Below are positions 30,422 through 40,208 of a stretch of DNA of 64,000 bases, piece by piece. Under the pieces are notes generated by a model. The model had not been told where the DNA came from. It searched no databases and saw nothing but the letters and a program-made list of their open reading frames with translations. The position numbers and the translations under genes are program-made. The DNA is taken from the NCBI GenBank assembly GCA_045639685.1, contig JAZUDO010000012.1:25156-89155 (forward strand), given 5' to 3'. The stretch's first letter is position 1. Every line of letters begins with the position of its first letter. Origin of the DNA: Lachnospiraceae bacterium. GTDB lineage: Bacteria > Bacillota > Clostridia > Lachnospirales > Lachnospiraceae.

Positions 30422-31537
30422 ATGAAAAAGAGATTACTGGGTTTTTTGGTTGCTTTGTCGGCACTGGCATTGCTCACGGGATGTACAGATGATACTTCAA
30501 AGGATATATCAAAGCTTGACGTTGATAAGTATCTTCTGAGTGTTGGTGATTATAAGAATTTGACAATTGAGGTTGCAAATCAGACAGTTTCTGATGAAGA
30601 TGTTGAGATGACTATTCAGTATATGCTTGCAAGTGCTCCGGAGACTAAACCGGTTACAGGACGTGCACTTCAAAGCGGTGACGTATCCAATATCGATTTT
30701 GTCGGAAAATTGAATGGAGTAGCATTTGACGGAGGAACAGGAACCAATCAGGAACTTGAGATCGGTTCGGGACAGTTCATTCCCGGTTTTGAAGATGCGA
30801 TTATAGGAATGGAAATCGGTGAGACAAGAGATATCGATGTTACCTTCCCGGAGGAATATCCTTCAGAAGAACTTGCAGGACAGCCGGCAGTATTTACGGT
30901 AACATTGAATTCAATAAGTGAGAAATATATTCCCGAACTGACAGATGATTATATCGTCGGACTTGGTATGGATGGAATTACAACTGTAGATCAGTTCAAA
31001 GCTTCAGTCAGAGAACAGCTTGAGGAAAAGGCACAGAGTAATTACGATACACAGGTTGAAACCGAATTGATGAATAAGCTCCTTGATATTTGTGAGTTTT
31101 CTGATGAGGTTCCGCCGGAGAGATACAATTATTATTATGATGCCATGATTGCTCAGGAAGAGAAAACTGCAGAAGGTGTCGGAACTACACTTGAGCAGCT
31201 TGCTACCGGTCTTTATGGCTATGATACAATTGATGATTACTACAAGGATATCGAGACAAATGCAATCAAATCCGTTCATCTTGATTTGATTACTTCAAAG
31301 GTTCTTGAGCTTGAAGGAAAGAAATTCAATAAGAAGCAGCTCCAGGATGAATTAAATAACATGTATGCAGATTTTGGATTTTCGTCTGCAGAGGAATTTT
31401 CACAGAGTGTTGATATGGATGACTTTAAGTCATATCTTATCAATAAGAGAGCTGTAGAAATACTTAAGGAATATGTAACAATAGTTGAACCTGCAGAGGA
31501 ACCTGCAGAAGAAGCTGCAGAGGAAACAGCAGAATAA
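30422..31537 (+). CDS. Trigger-factor-like FKBP PPIase lipoprotein lacking the ribosome-binding domain
   Basis: Lipobox LALLTG-C; IDFVGKL.GVAFDGGT, IGSGQFIPGFEDAIIG, VTFPEEY..LAGQ.AVF.V plus TF C-terminal helices. Confidence 0.85.
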   Translation: MKKRLLGFLVALSALALLTGCTDDTSKDISKLDVDKYLLSVGDYKNLTIEVANQTVSDEDVEMTIQYMLASAPETKPVTGRALQSGDVSNIDFVGKLNGVAFDGGTGTNQELEIGSGQFIPGFEDAIIGMEIGETRDIDVTFPEEYPSEELAGQPAVFTVTLNSISEKYIPELTDDYIVGLGMDGITTVDQFKASVREQLEEKAQSNYDTQVETELMNKLLDICEFSDEVPPERYNYYYDAMIAQEEKTAEGVGTTLEQLATGLYGYDTIDDYYKDIETNAIKSVHLDLITSKVLELEGKKFNKKQLQDELNNMYADFGFSSAEEFSQSVDMDDFKSYLINKRAVEILKEYVTIVEPAEEPAEEAAEETAE

Positions 31538-31575
31538 AGGCTGAAAACCGGCAGAGTATGTATGCGGAGGCAAAC

Positions 31576-32961
31576 ATGAGAACAAAGATTAAACAGCTGT
31601 TTAGAAGTACAGCGGAATATACGGATAAAGAGGTTACGGTATGTGCATGGGTAAGAACAAACAGAGCACAGGCTCAGTTTGGTTTCCTTACTGTTAACGA
31701 CGGATCATTTTTTGACTGTCTTCAGGTAGTATATGACCAGAGCCTCGAGAATTTTGAAGACATTTCAAAAATCAGAGTGGGAGCATCGGTTCAGGTTGTA
31801 GGTAAAGTTGTAGCAACACCGGAGATGAAGCAGCCCTTTGAAATTCACGCAACAAGCGTTGTTATGCTTGGGGATTCACCGGAGAATTATCCGATTCAGC
31901 CCAAGAGACATACAAGAGAGTATTTGAGATCCGTTGCACACCTTCGTCCAAGAACAAACCTTTTCAGCGCGGTATTCAGAGTAAGAAGTGTGGCTGCAAT
32001 GGCTATTCATACATATTTCCAGGACAGAGGATATCTGTATGTTCATACACCACTTATTACGGGAGCTGACTGTGAAGGCTCAGACCAGATGTTTAAGATT
32101 ACAACACTCAGCATGAATGACCTTCCTTATGATGAAGAGGGTAAGGTTGATTTTTCAAAGGACCTTTTCGGAAAGCAGTCATTTATCACAGGTTCAGGTC
32201 AGCTTCAGGGTGAAACATTTGCCATGGCATTTGGTGATATCTATACCTTTGGCCCCACCTTCAGAACTGAGAACTCTAACACCCAGACTCATGCAAATGA
32301 ATTTTGGATGATTGAGCCTGAGATGGCATTTTGCGACCTTAACGGGCTTATGGATGTTGAAGAGGAAATGCTTAAGTATGTTGTTTCTTACGTACTTGAG
32401 AAATGTCCGGAGGAGATTGATTTCTGTGACCAGTTCGTTTCAAAGGGACTTAAGCAGAAACTGACTGATATTGTTAATTCAAAATTCACAAGAATTAAGC
32501 ATCATGACGTTATCGATATCCTTAAGAAGGCTGACGTGAAGTGGGAGTTCGAGCCTGATTACGGTGAGGATATTGCAAAAGAGCATGAGAAATATATAGT
32601 TGAATATTTTAACGGACCCGTATTTGTAACTGACTGGCCAAAGGATATTAAGGCATATTACATGAAGGTTAATCCCGATGATGCTACCGTAGCTGCAGTC
32701 GATCTTCTTGTTCCACAGGCAGGAGAGCTTATGGGAGGAAGCCAGAGAGAAGAGAACCTTGATAAGCTTCTTGAAAGAATGGACCAGATGGGCGTCGATA
32801 AGGACGGCATTGACTGGTATCTTGATACAAGAAGATACGGAGGCTGTATTCACAGTGGTTTCGGTATGGGCTTCGAGCGTCTTATTATGTACCTTACAGG
32901 TGTAGAAAACATCCGTGACGTCATTCCATTCCCTCGTACACCAAAATCTTGTGATTTTTAA
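31576..32961 (+). CDS. asnS: Asparagine--tRNA ligase
   Basis: HLRPRTN, FGPTFRTENSNT..H..EFWMIEPE, GGSQRE, GFGMGFER. Confidence 0.96.
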   Translation: MRTKIKQLFRSTAEYTDKEVTVCAWVRTNRAQAQFGFLTVNDGSFFDCLQVVYDQSLENFEDISKIRVGASVQVVGKVVATPEMKQPFEIHATSVVMLGDSPENYPIQPKRHTREYLRSVAHLRPRTNLFSAVFRVRSVAAMAIHTYFQDRGYLYVHTPLITGADCEGSDQMFKITTLSMNDLPYDEEGKVDFSKDLFGKQSFITGSGQLQGETFAMAFGDIYTFGPTFRTENSNTQTHANEFWMIEPEMAFCDLNGLMDVEEEMLKYVVSYVLEKCPEEIDFCDQFVSKGLKQKLTDIVNSKFTRIKHHDVIDILKKADVKWEFEPDYGEDIAKEHEKYIVEYFNGPVFVTDWPKDIKAYYMKVNPDDATVAAVDLLVPQAGELMGGSQREENLDKLLERMDQMGVDKDGIDWYLDTRRYGGCIHSGFGMGFERLIMYLTGVENIRDVIPFPRTPKSCDF

Positions 32962-32982
32962 GATTTTTATTGTTAATTGGTG

Positions 32983-33010
32983 TACACTTTTGGGACAAAC
33001 CTTCCGATAT
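32983..33010 (+). promoter_or_regulatory. Possible sigma28 promoter
   Basis: TACA-N16-TCCGATAT. Confidence 0.4.
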
Positions 33011-33061
33011 ACATTTATATGAAATACAAAATGGTTTGTCTTAATATGTGGGGGAAAAGAT

Positions 33062-33283
33062 ATGAAGACATTTTTGGCAAGAGTTTTGGAAGGTGCGGCA
33101 ATAGCCGGTAGTGTTACCTGGTTAATATTTGCATCTACCTTTATTTCAAGTTTGTGGGATACGGAGTCGGTTACCGATGGATGGTCGGTTAAACTTCCGT
33201 ACATACCGATAGGATTTGTAATGCTGGCTGTCTGGATTGTCGGATTTATTATTCTGATAGTTAAGACAAAGCCAAAGGAGTGA
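33062..33283 (+). CDS. Small two-TM membrane protein
   Basis: 73 aa, two hydrophobic segments, GGGGA RBS. Confidence 0.65.
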   Translation: MKTFLARVLEGAAIAGSVTWLIFASTFISSLWDTESVTDGWSVKLPYIPIGFVMLAVWIVGFIILIVKTKPKE

Positions 33284-33404
33284 TTGTTTTGGTGCGGGTA
33301 CAGAATTGTGAGAGCAGTTCCTGTAGTCGCACTTTTTATGCATGGTTTAAGTAATGGGGAACAGGTATTGCCAGGAACAGGCATTACTTTTTGAGGAGAA
33401 AAAA

Positions 33405-34670
33405 TTGGAAAAAGCTTTGCTGGTGGGCCTAAACACAGGCGATGATAAATTTGATGACAGTATGAGCGAGCTTAAGAGTCTGGCTGAGGCAGCAGATTAC
33501 GAGGTCGTGGGAATAATGGTTCAAAACCTTGCTCATCCCGTAGCAGCTACATATATCGGAAGCGGAAAAGTGGAGGAGATATGCGGTGCGAAGGATTATC
33601 AGGGTTTCGAAGTGTGCATTTTTGAGGATACCCTTTCGCCTGTTCAGCAGAAAAATGTGCAGGCGGCTGTGGGAATCAGGGTTATGGACAGAACGGGCCT
33701 GATTCTTGAGATATTTGCAAAAAGAGCCAGGACGAGAGAGGCTAAATTACAGGTTGAGTCTGCACAGTTGCAATACATGAGACCTCGACTCATAGGAATG
33801 TGGGAAGCCATCGGAAGACAGGGTGGTGGAAGCGGAAGCACAAGTAACAAGGGTGTCGGAGAAACTCAGCTGGAGCTGGACAGACGATGGATACAGCGCC
33901 GTATAACGGAGCTTAAACATGAACTTGAGGCAATAGAGCATGACCGTGATATACAGAGAAGAAGGCGCGAGAAGGGAAAACTTCCCTTGGTGGCACTTGT
34001 GGGTTATACCAATGCCGGCAAATCTACAATAATGAACAAACTGATAGGAATCGGAAAGTCTACCGATGAAGAGAAGCTTGTTTTTGAGAAGGACATGCTG
34101 TTTGCCACTCTTGATACATCAGTCAGAAGGATCGAGACGGAAAACGGCAAGGACTTTCTCTTAAGCGATACGGTAGGATTTATTAATAAACTGCCACATA
34201 CACTTATCAAGGCATTTCGTTCGACGCTGGATGAAATCAGATACGCCGATTTGCTGGTAGAGGTAGTGGATGTTTCTGACGAACAGTATAAGGAGCAGAT
34301 GAAGGTAACCGGCGATACCCTGCAGGAGCTGGAGGTTGACAGCATTCCGATTATTCATGTTATGAATAAGGCGGATAAATGTATGGAGACCGGCGCTTAT
34401 CCCAGAATACTTGGGGATAATATTTATATAAGCGCCGGCACAGGAAATGGTATTGAGGAGCTGGTTGAATTTATTCAGAGTAAGATATATTCTGACAACA
34501 AGATTGTGGAAATGCTGATTCCCTATAGCATTGGCGGAGTGGAAAATGAGATAAGTGAGAACGCAGTGGTCCTTATAAGGGAGTATAGGGATAACGGCGT
34601 GTATATCAAAGCGGATTTACCAAAGTATCTTGTGGGAAAATATTCGGATAAGGGCATTTTCCTGGAATAG
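33405..34670 (+). CDS. hflX: GTPase HflX
   Basis: GVGETQLELDRR, GYTNAGKST, LFATLD, DTVGF, NKAD; TTG start after GAGGAG (ORF track starts at 33354). Confidence 0.95.
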   Translation: MEKALLVGLNTGDDKFDDSMSELKSLAEAADYEVVGIMVQNLAHPVAATYIGSGKVEEICGAKDYQGFEVCIFEDTLSPVQQKNVQAAVGIRVMDRTGLILEIFAKRARTREAKLQVESAQLQYMRPRLIGMWEAIGRQGGGSGSTSNKGVGETQLELDRRWIQRRITELKHELEAIEHDRDIQRRRREKGKLPLVALVGYTNAGKSTIMNKLIGIGKSTDEEKLVFEKDMLFATLDTSVRRIETENGKDFLLSDTVGFINKLPHTLIKAFRSTLDEIRYADLLVEVVDVSDEQYKEQMKVTGDTLQELEVDSIPIIHVMNKADKCMETGAYPRILGDNIYISAGTGNGIEELVEFIQSKIYSDNKIVEMLIPYSIGGVENEISENAVVLIREYRDNGVYIKADLPKYLVGKYSDKGIFLE

Positions 34671-34681
34671 ACCCGGTAGAA

Positions 34682-36862
34682 ATGCAGAAGAGAGAAAAGG
34701 GAAAAATGAAAGCTTTTTTGGAAAAAATTAAGTCCCACGATGCGCGACTTACGGAATACATGAGCAACGGACGGAAAGGAATGATGGTCATTTCTTTCCT
34801 TTTAACTGTTGCTTTGGTTACAAAGATTGGGTGTTCATATGTGGACCATCTGCCTTTGATAGCGGTTATCGGAATGGCTGCTGTTGCAACGATTTTGGAG
34901 GCAGGTGTTCTTTTTTTGGTCGTTAGGGTGATTTTTCACAGCAAAGCATTTGGAAGCATATTCGAAATCAACATGGCTTTGTGTATCATAATTACCGCTT
35001 CTCTGCAGGGGGTTAAGAACAAACCCGCTGCGATTATACTTGCGGCAGTAACCTTTATTGCGGTTGATATTTTCGGAAGATGTATTTGGAATGTGATAAA
35101 GCGAAAAAAGTATATTCCGGGGTATGTTTTACTTGCTCTGTCTGCAGTCTGGGTGGGAATGGCTGTGTATGTTCTGGCAGTTCCCGGATTGGGAGACAAT
35201 CTTGTTGGCAGATACGGAAGTGCCCAGAAGGAAGCCGGATATGAAACGTCAGTGAAGCCTGAGGGTTTTGAGGAATATATTGCCCGGGGACCTTATGAAA
35301 GCGCATCTTTGACCTATGGAACAGACTTGGACTGTGATATCAAATCGGATGTTTTTGACCTTACTTATTATGAAAAGCCGGGGAAAGTATGGACTTGGCT
35401 TTATAAGGGCGCATTCGGAACAGACTTTTATGCTGTTCCCATAGCAGGAAAGATATGGTATCCCCTGGGAGCCTCTGACTGTCCGGTTTTATTCATTGTT
35501 CACGGAGCCCATGACTACACGGTTCAGTCTCATCTTGGGTACGATTATCTGGGAGAATACCTTTCTTCTCACGGTTACGTGGTTGTATCGGTGGATGAAA
35601 ATATCATAAATCTCCATGGAGCCAACAGTTCCAGAGCAATTCTTTTCCTTGAAAATATCAAGCAGGTATTTGCGTGGAACGATGATGAAACATCAATAAT
35701 TCATGGACTGATTGATGAGGCAAATGTGGTTATTGCAGGTCATTCCCGTGGCGGAGAAACTGTTGCAACAGCTTATCTTTTGAACGAATACAGATGTTTC
35801 CCGGAAAATGCGGAGGTCGAACTTGATTATCATTTCCTGATAAAGGGAATTATTGCCATTGCTCCCACGGTAGATCAGTATCTTCCCGCAGACAGGAGCG
35901 TAGCAATTTCCAATGTTAACTATCTGCTGCTTCATGGGTCCCATGACCAGGATGTAACCCGAGTAATGGGTGAAAAGCAGTACAACAACGTGTCCTATAA
36001 CGGACTGAGAGACTGCTTCAAATCCGGGGTATACATATATGGAGCAAATCACGGACAGTTTAATGATGAATGGGGACTTCATGATTCCGGAATGCCATTT
36101 TCATTGTTCAATAATGAAAATAACTTCATAGGTATGGAGGACCAGAAGCAGATCCTTAAAGTACTTACGAAGACATTTTTGGATGTGACACTTAAGGACG
36201 ATGATACATACCGTTCCCTGTTTTATGATATAGACAGTTATTCCGAGTATCTCCCCGAAACGGCTTATTCTCAGCGTTACGAGAGTTCGGATTTACAAAG
36301 TCTCAATAACTTTGAGGATAATACGGATACAAAGACATCTGATGATTCAACAGCTGTAATCGAGGTAAACGGAGCAACCCGCTGGCAGGAGAGGGCAAGA
36401 AGTACAGGGCTGGACGGAGACAGGGAAAATCATGTGCTTGAGATAGAAACAAAGGAAGACAGTGACTGCAGTATAGTGATTGATATTCCTGTTACAAATC
36501 TTGAAACGGGAAGCTTTTCATTTTCCATCGCAGACATGACTGAAAAAACTGCAAGTGAAGATGACTTTATGGAATATTCTGTAGAAATGACAGATATTAA
36601 CGGAAACAGGGTAGTGTCTAAAACACCCAAGAAGATTTTCTCTTCATGGAAGACAGAACTGTATAAAACTGATTCAATAATGAATGAGTATATTTATAAG
36701 CATCCATTTTCCACGGTCATTATTGACAGCAGCGAGTTTTCTTATAACGGTAATTTCGACATGACAAGTGTTAAGTGCATTAATCTTATTATCAAGGATC
36801 GGGGAAGAACAATACAGATTGATGACATCGGACTGTATCTTACGGAAGATGAGATTCTTTGA
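34682..36862 (+). CDS. Membrane-anchored alpha/beta hydrolase (chlorophyllase/cutinase-like)
   Basis: About 5 N-terminal TMs, then P.LFIVHG, GYDYLG..LSSHGY, GHSRGG nucleophile elbow, DQDV, GANHGQFN. Confidence 0.8.
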   Translation: MQKREKGKMKAFLEKIKSHDARLTEYMSNGRKGMMVISFLLTVALVTKIGCSYVDHLPLIAVIGMAAVATILEAGVLFLVVRVIFHSKAFGSIFEINMALCIIITASLQGVKNKPAAIILAAVTFIAVDIFGRCIWNVIKRKKYIPGYVLLALSAVWVGMAVYVLAVPGLGDNLVGRYGSAQKEAGYETSVKPEGFEEYIARGPYESASLTYGTDLDCDIKSDVFDLTYYEKPGKVWTWLYKGAFGTDFYAVPIAGKIWYPLGASDCPVLFIVHGAHDYTVQSHLGYDYLGEYLSSHGYVVVSVDENIINLHGANSSRAILFLENIKQVFAWNDDETSIIHGLIDEANVVIAGHSRGGETVATAYLLNEYRCFPENAEVELDYHFLIKGIIAIAPTVDQYLPADRSVAISNVNYLLLHGSHDQDVTRVMGEKQYNNVSYNGLRDCFKSGVYIYGANHGQFNDEWGLHDSGMPFSLFNNENNFIGMEDQKQILKVLTKTFLDVTLKDDDTYRSLFYDIDSYSEYLPETAYSQRYESSDLQSLNNFEDNTDTKTSDDSTAVIEVNGATRWQERARSTGLDGDRENHVLEIETKEDSDCSIVIDIPVTNLETGSFSFSIADMTEKTASEDDFMEYSVEMTDINGNRVVSKTPKKIFSSWKTELYKTDSIMNEYIYKHPFSTVIIDSSEFSYNGNFDMTSVKCINLIIKDRGRTIQIDDIGLYLTEDEIL

Positions 36863-36894
36863 TTAGTTTACGAAAATATGGTAAAGTATAGGTT

Positions 36895-38265
36895 ATGAAA
36901 TTTATTGACCGAAACACACAAAAGAAGATTGTAAGAGGTCTGGTACGGATTTGGATGAGACAGAAGCCTCTTGTTATTGCGGCCGCTTTGGCGTTGGCTG
37001 CTGATATAACGGGAGTATGTTTTGTGGCAAATGCAGCCACAATGGATTCTGATGAAATTCCTGTAGTTTCCTATGAGGAGGCACCGGCACCGGTGGCGAA
37101 TGTTGCCGACTATGCCGATATTTTTGGCGGTGAAACAAAAAAAGCAACCGCTGAAAAAAAGGTAGCCAATACATCAGGAGCTGAGAATGACAATTCTGCG
37201 GATGAGGATGAAGGTTCACCGACTGTTTTGGGACTTAACAGTGCTACAAAGCCGGGATATATGAACAATTGCTATTTCCTGGGTGACTCCAGACTGGTTG
37301 CCATGGTAAGTTATGGATTTGTATCAGATTCCAATGTTCTTGCCAAGATAGGTGTAAGTCATACTGCGGTTGAGAATACCACATTTATGCAGAACAGTGG
37401 TAAGCAGTATACGGTAAAGCAGTACCTTGCAGAGAAGAAGCCGCCGGTTGTATACGTATGCTACGGTGTTAACGGCATGAACGGCATATCGGAAGAAAAG
37501 TACGAGAAAACCTACAAGGAACTTGTTGAGCATATTATGGAATGGGCTCCGGACAGCAAGATTGTTTTGATGTCCATTTGGCCTGTTGACGATTATGGTC
37601 CGTATAAGGGTTCCGTTAAGAATGAATGGATTGAAAAGTATAACAATTTTCTTCTCGCTCTGGCAGAGTATGAAGGAATCCATTATCTTGACGTAGCTTC
37701 AGTTCTTAAGGGTTCTGACGGACAGATAAAGCCTGAATTTGACGGTGGAGACGGTCTTCATTACAAGGCATCCGCATATAATACGATTATTGATTATATA
37801 TATCATCACCCTGTAAAGGGTATTTCTGATGAGGGTGAGTTTAAGGTTAAATATGTTAAACCCACAGGTGAATTTAAGAAGATGATAAAGGGAGATGAGA
37901 AGCTGCCGGCTAACGTTGTGCCGGTTGACCCGGAACCCACTCCTACTCCTTCGCCGGAGGTGACACCTACTGTGACTCCGTCGCCACTTGTTACACCTTC
38001 ACCGAAGGCGGTTCCTACGAACATACCTACGTTGTCACCTTCACCGACACCGACGCCGACACCGACGCCGATACCAGGTCCGACAGAGGAACCAACACCG
38101 GAGCCAACATTGGAACCGACACCGACACCAATACCAAGTCCGACAGAGGAACCAACACCGGAGCCGACGGAGGAACCGACGCCGACACCTGAGGAATCAC
38201 CAACGCCGACACCGACACCTGATCCGGGTGGAGGAACTTCACCGGAATCGATACCGGAGACTTAA
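36895..38265 (+). CDS. SGNH/GDSL hydrolase with N-terminal anchor and Pro/Thr/Glu-rich tail
   Basis: FLGDSR, YGVNG, DGLHY blocks; (PT)n/EPT tail. Confidence 0.8.
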   Translation: MKFIDRNTQKKIVRGLVRIWMRQKPLVIAAALALAADITGVCFVANAATMDSDEIPVVSYEEAPAPVANVADYADIFGGETKKATAEKKVANTSGAENDNSADEDEGSPTVLGLNSATKPGYMNNCYFLGDSRLVAMVSYGFVSDSNVLAKIGVSHTAVENTTFMQNSGKQYTVKQYLAEKKPPVVYVCYGVNGMNGISEEKYEKTYKELVEHIMEWAPDSKIVLMSIWPVDDYGPYKGSVKNEWIEKYNNFLLALAEYEGIHYLDVASVLKGSDGQIKPEFDGGDGLHYKASAYNTIIDYIYHHPVKGISDEGEFKVKYVKPTGEFKKMIKGDEKLPANVVPVDPEPTPTPSPEVTPTVTPSPLVTPSPKAVPTNIPTLSPSPTPTPTPTPIPGPTEEPTPEPTLEPTPTPIPSPTEEPTPEPTEEPTPTPEESPTPTPTPDPGGGTSPESIPET

Positions 38266-38351
38266 CTTAATCCGCCGTGAGGCACAGAATAAGCATAGTT
38301 TTTTAGGATAGTTCCAAATGACTTATTAAAAAATGTGTTAAAGAGAAGTAT

Positions 38352-38656
38352 GAGCGGATAAAAAAGAAGGAAATGAATTTGTATCCGCCCAGATGAAGAA
38401 GAACCAACGGATAAAAAGGGAAAAAGAGAAGACTTATCTGCCCAAACGACGAAAAAAGAGCAGATAAAAAAGAAAGAATCAAATTCTTATCCGCCCAGAT
38501 GAAGAAGAACCAACGGATAGAAAGGGAAAAAGAGGAGTCTTATCTGTCCAAACGACGAAAAAAGAGCAGATAAAAAAGAAAGAATCAAATTCTTATCCGC
38601 CCAAACGACGAAAATCCAACGGATAAAAAGGCAAAAAAAGAAGTCTTATCCGCCCC
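38352..38656. repeat. 53-bp tandem array (6 units, 106-bp higher-order repeat) of alternating inverted C(G/A)GATAA/TTATC(C/T)G motifs
   Basis: Motif starts at 38355, 38408, 38461, 38514, 38567, 38620; 7+19+7+20 nt; purine-rich + strand. Confidence 0.92.
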
Positions 38657-38766
38657 AAAGAAGAAAAAACTTGTGTTAAGTTTTGGTGAAAAGTGAAAAA
38701 CTTGACACGTAGCGTTGGCGCCTTCCGTAAGGAAAATTTTCATGCGCCGATGTTTGATATTGAGAA

Positions 38767-40182
38767 ATGAAGTTATTTAAGAAAGAACCACAGTTTTACA
38801 AAAAAGTATTTACTCTTGCGCTGCCCATAGCAGCCCAGAGTTTGATAACCATAGGCGTAAATATGCTTGATACGATGATGGTAGGATCATTGGGAGATGA
38901 CGCATTGTCAGCCACATCCCTGGCCAATTCATTTATCAGCGTATACCAGATATTCTGTATGGGTCTGGGAATGGGAGCATCCGTTCTGGTTTCCAGATAC
39001 TGGGGAATGAAAAATGCGGCAGAGAGGCCTGATGAGCAAAATGCAGCCATTCATGCCCTTAAACAGACAATATGCCTGATGCTTCGAATTACGCTTGCAC
39101 TGGCGACATTGTTTGCATTGGTAACCTTGATTATGCCTGACAAGCTGATGCTGATGTATACCAAGAGCCCTGAAATCGGTGCTTACGGTGAGAGGTATTT
39201 TATGTACTCAATCCCTACCTATTTCTTCCTTGGAGCATCTCTTGTTACAACCATAGTGCTTCGAAGTGTTGGACAGGTAAAGCTGCCGCTGTTTGTATCA
39301 ATCGGAGCATTTTTCGTGAATCTTGGAGCGAACTATACATTTATATTCGGACATTTCGGAGCGCCTCAGATGGGCGTTGCGGGTGCGGCACTGGGAACTC
39401 TTATTGCCCGTGTATTTGAAGCAGCGATGATATGCGGATATCTGTTTGTAAAGGATAAACAGATTAACTTTAAGCCCAAGGATATGTTTATGAAGACCCA
39501 GTCTCTTGTGGGCGAATATATGAGAATATGTATTCCTGTCCTTATCAGTGACGGAATACTTGCAATAGGTAATAATTCCGTAGCAATGGTAATTGGTCAT
39601 CTTGGAGCAGCATTTACGGCGGCCAATGCGATTACCAGTGTTACGCAGCAGCTTAGTACTGTAGTAATTTCCGGAGTCAGCCAGGCGGGTGCCATAGTAA
39701 CCGGTATGACACTTGGCGAGGGCGACAAGGAAAAGACTATGAGCCAGGGATATCTGTTCTTTGGACTTGGTCTTGCGCTGGGAATAGTATCGGCCGGATT
39801 TATTGTTCTTGGAAGCGATGCGATAATCGGATATTATAAGAATGTAAGTGATGATGCTGTGGCAACCGCAAAGGAACTGATGAATGCCATAAGTCTCATT
39901 ATAGTTTTCCAGGGTACCAACAGTATTATGACAAAGGGTGTCCTTCGTGGAGGAGGAGATACAAAGCTTCTGATGCTCATGGATAACCTGTTTTTGTGGG
40001 TGCTGGCAATTCCTCTGGGTATTGCGGCAGGATTTGTATTCCACTGGTCGCCGTTCTGGATATATGTATGTCTTAAATCCGACCAGATTGTGAAGACGTT
40101 CTATTCATATTGGAGATTATGTTCCGGAAAATGGATTAAAAAAATAAGCACCGGTAAACAGCAGATACTGGTGGATGAATAA
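38767..40182 (+). CDS. MATE family efflux transporter
   Basis: About 12 TMs; LALP...DTMMVGSLG, GVAGAALGT, GVLRGGGDT. Confidence 0.93.
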   Translation: MKLFKKEPQFYKKVFTLALPIAAQSLITIGVNMLDTMMVGSLGDDALSATSLANSFISVYQIFCMGLGMGASVLVSRYWGMKNAAERPDEQNAAIHALKQTICLMLRITLALATLFALVTLIMPDKLMLMYTKSPEIGAYGERYFMYSIPTYFFLGASLVTTIVLRSVGQVKLPLFVSIGAFFVNLGANYTFIFGHFGAPQMGVAGAALGTLIARVFEAAMICGYLFVKDKQINFKPKDMFMKTQSLVGEYMRICIPVLISDGILAIGNNSVAMVIGHLGAAFTAANAITSVTQQLSTVVISGVSQAGAIVTGMTLGEGDKEKTMSQGYLFFGLGLALGIVSAGFIVLGSDAIIGYYKNVSDDAVATAKELMNAISLIIVFQGTNSIMTKGVLRGGGDTKLLMLMDNLFLWVLAIPLGIAAGFVFHWSPFWIYVCLKSDQIVKTFYSYWRLCSGKWIKKISTGKQQILVDE

Positions 40183-40208
40183 TAGTAAACGTAAAAGGGA
40201 GAAATTAT

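Noticed and set aside
37988-38311. His/Arg-rich 107-aa ORF
   Set aside because: Alternative frame of the Pro/Thr repeat tail of the SGNH gene.
38352-38656. CRISPR array
   Set aside because: Conserved cores are only 7 nt and alternate in orientation; linkers recur; no cas genes.
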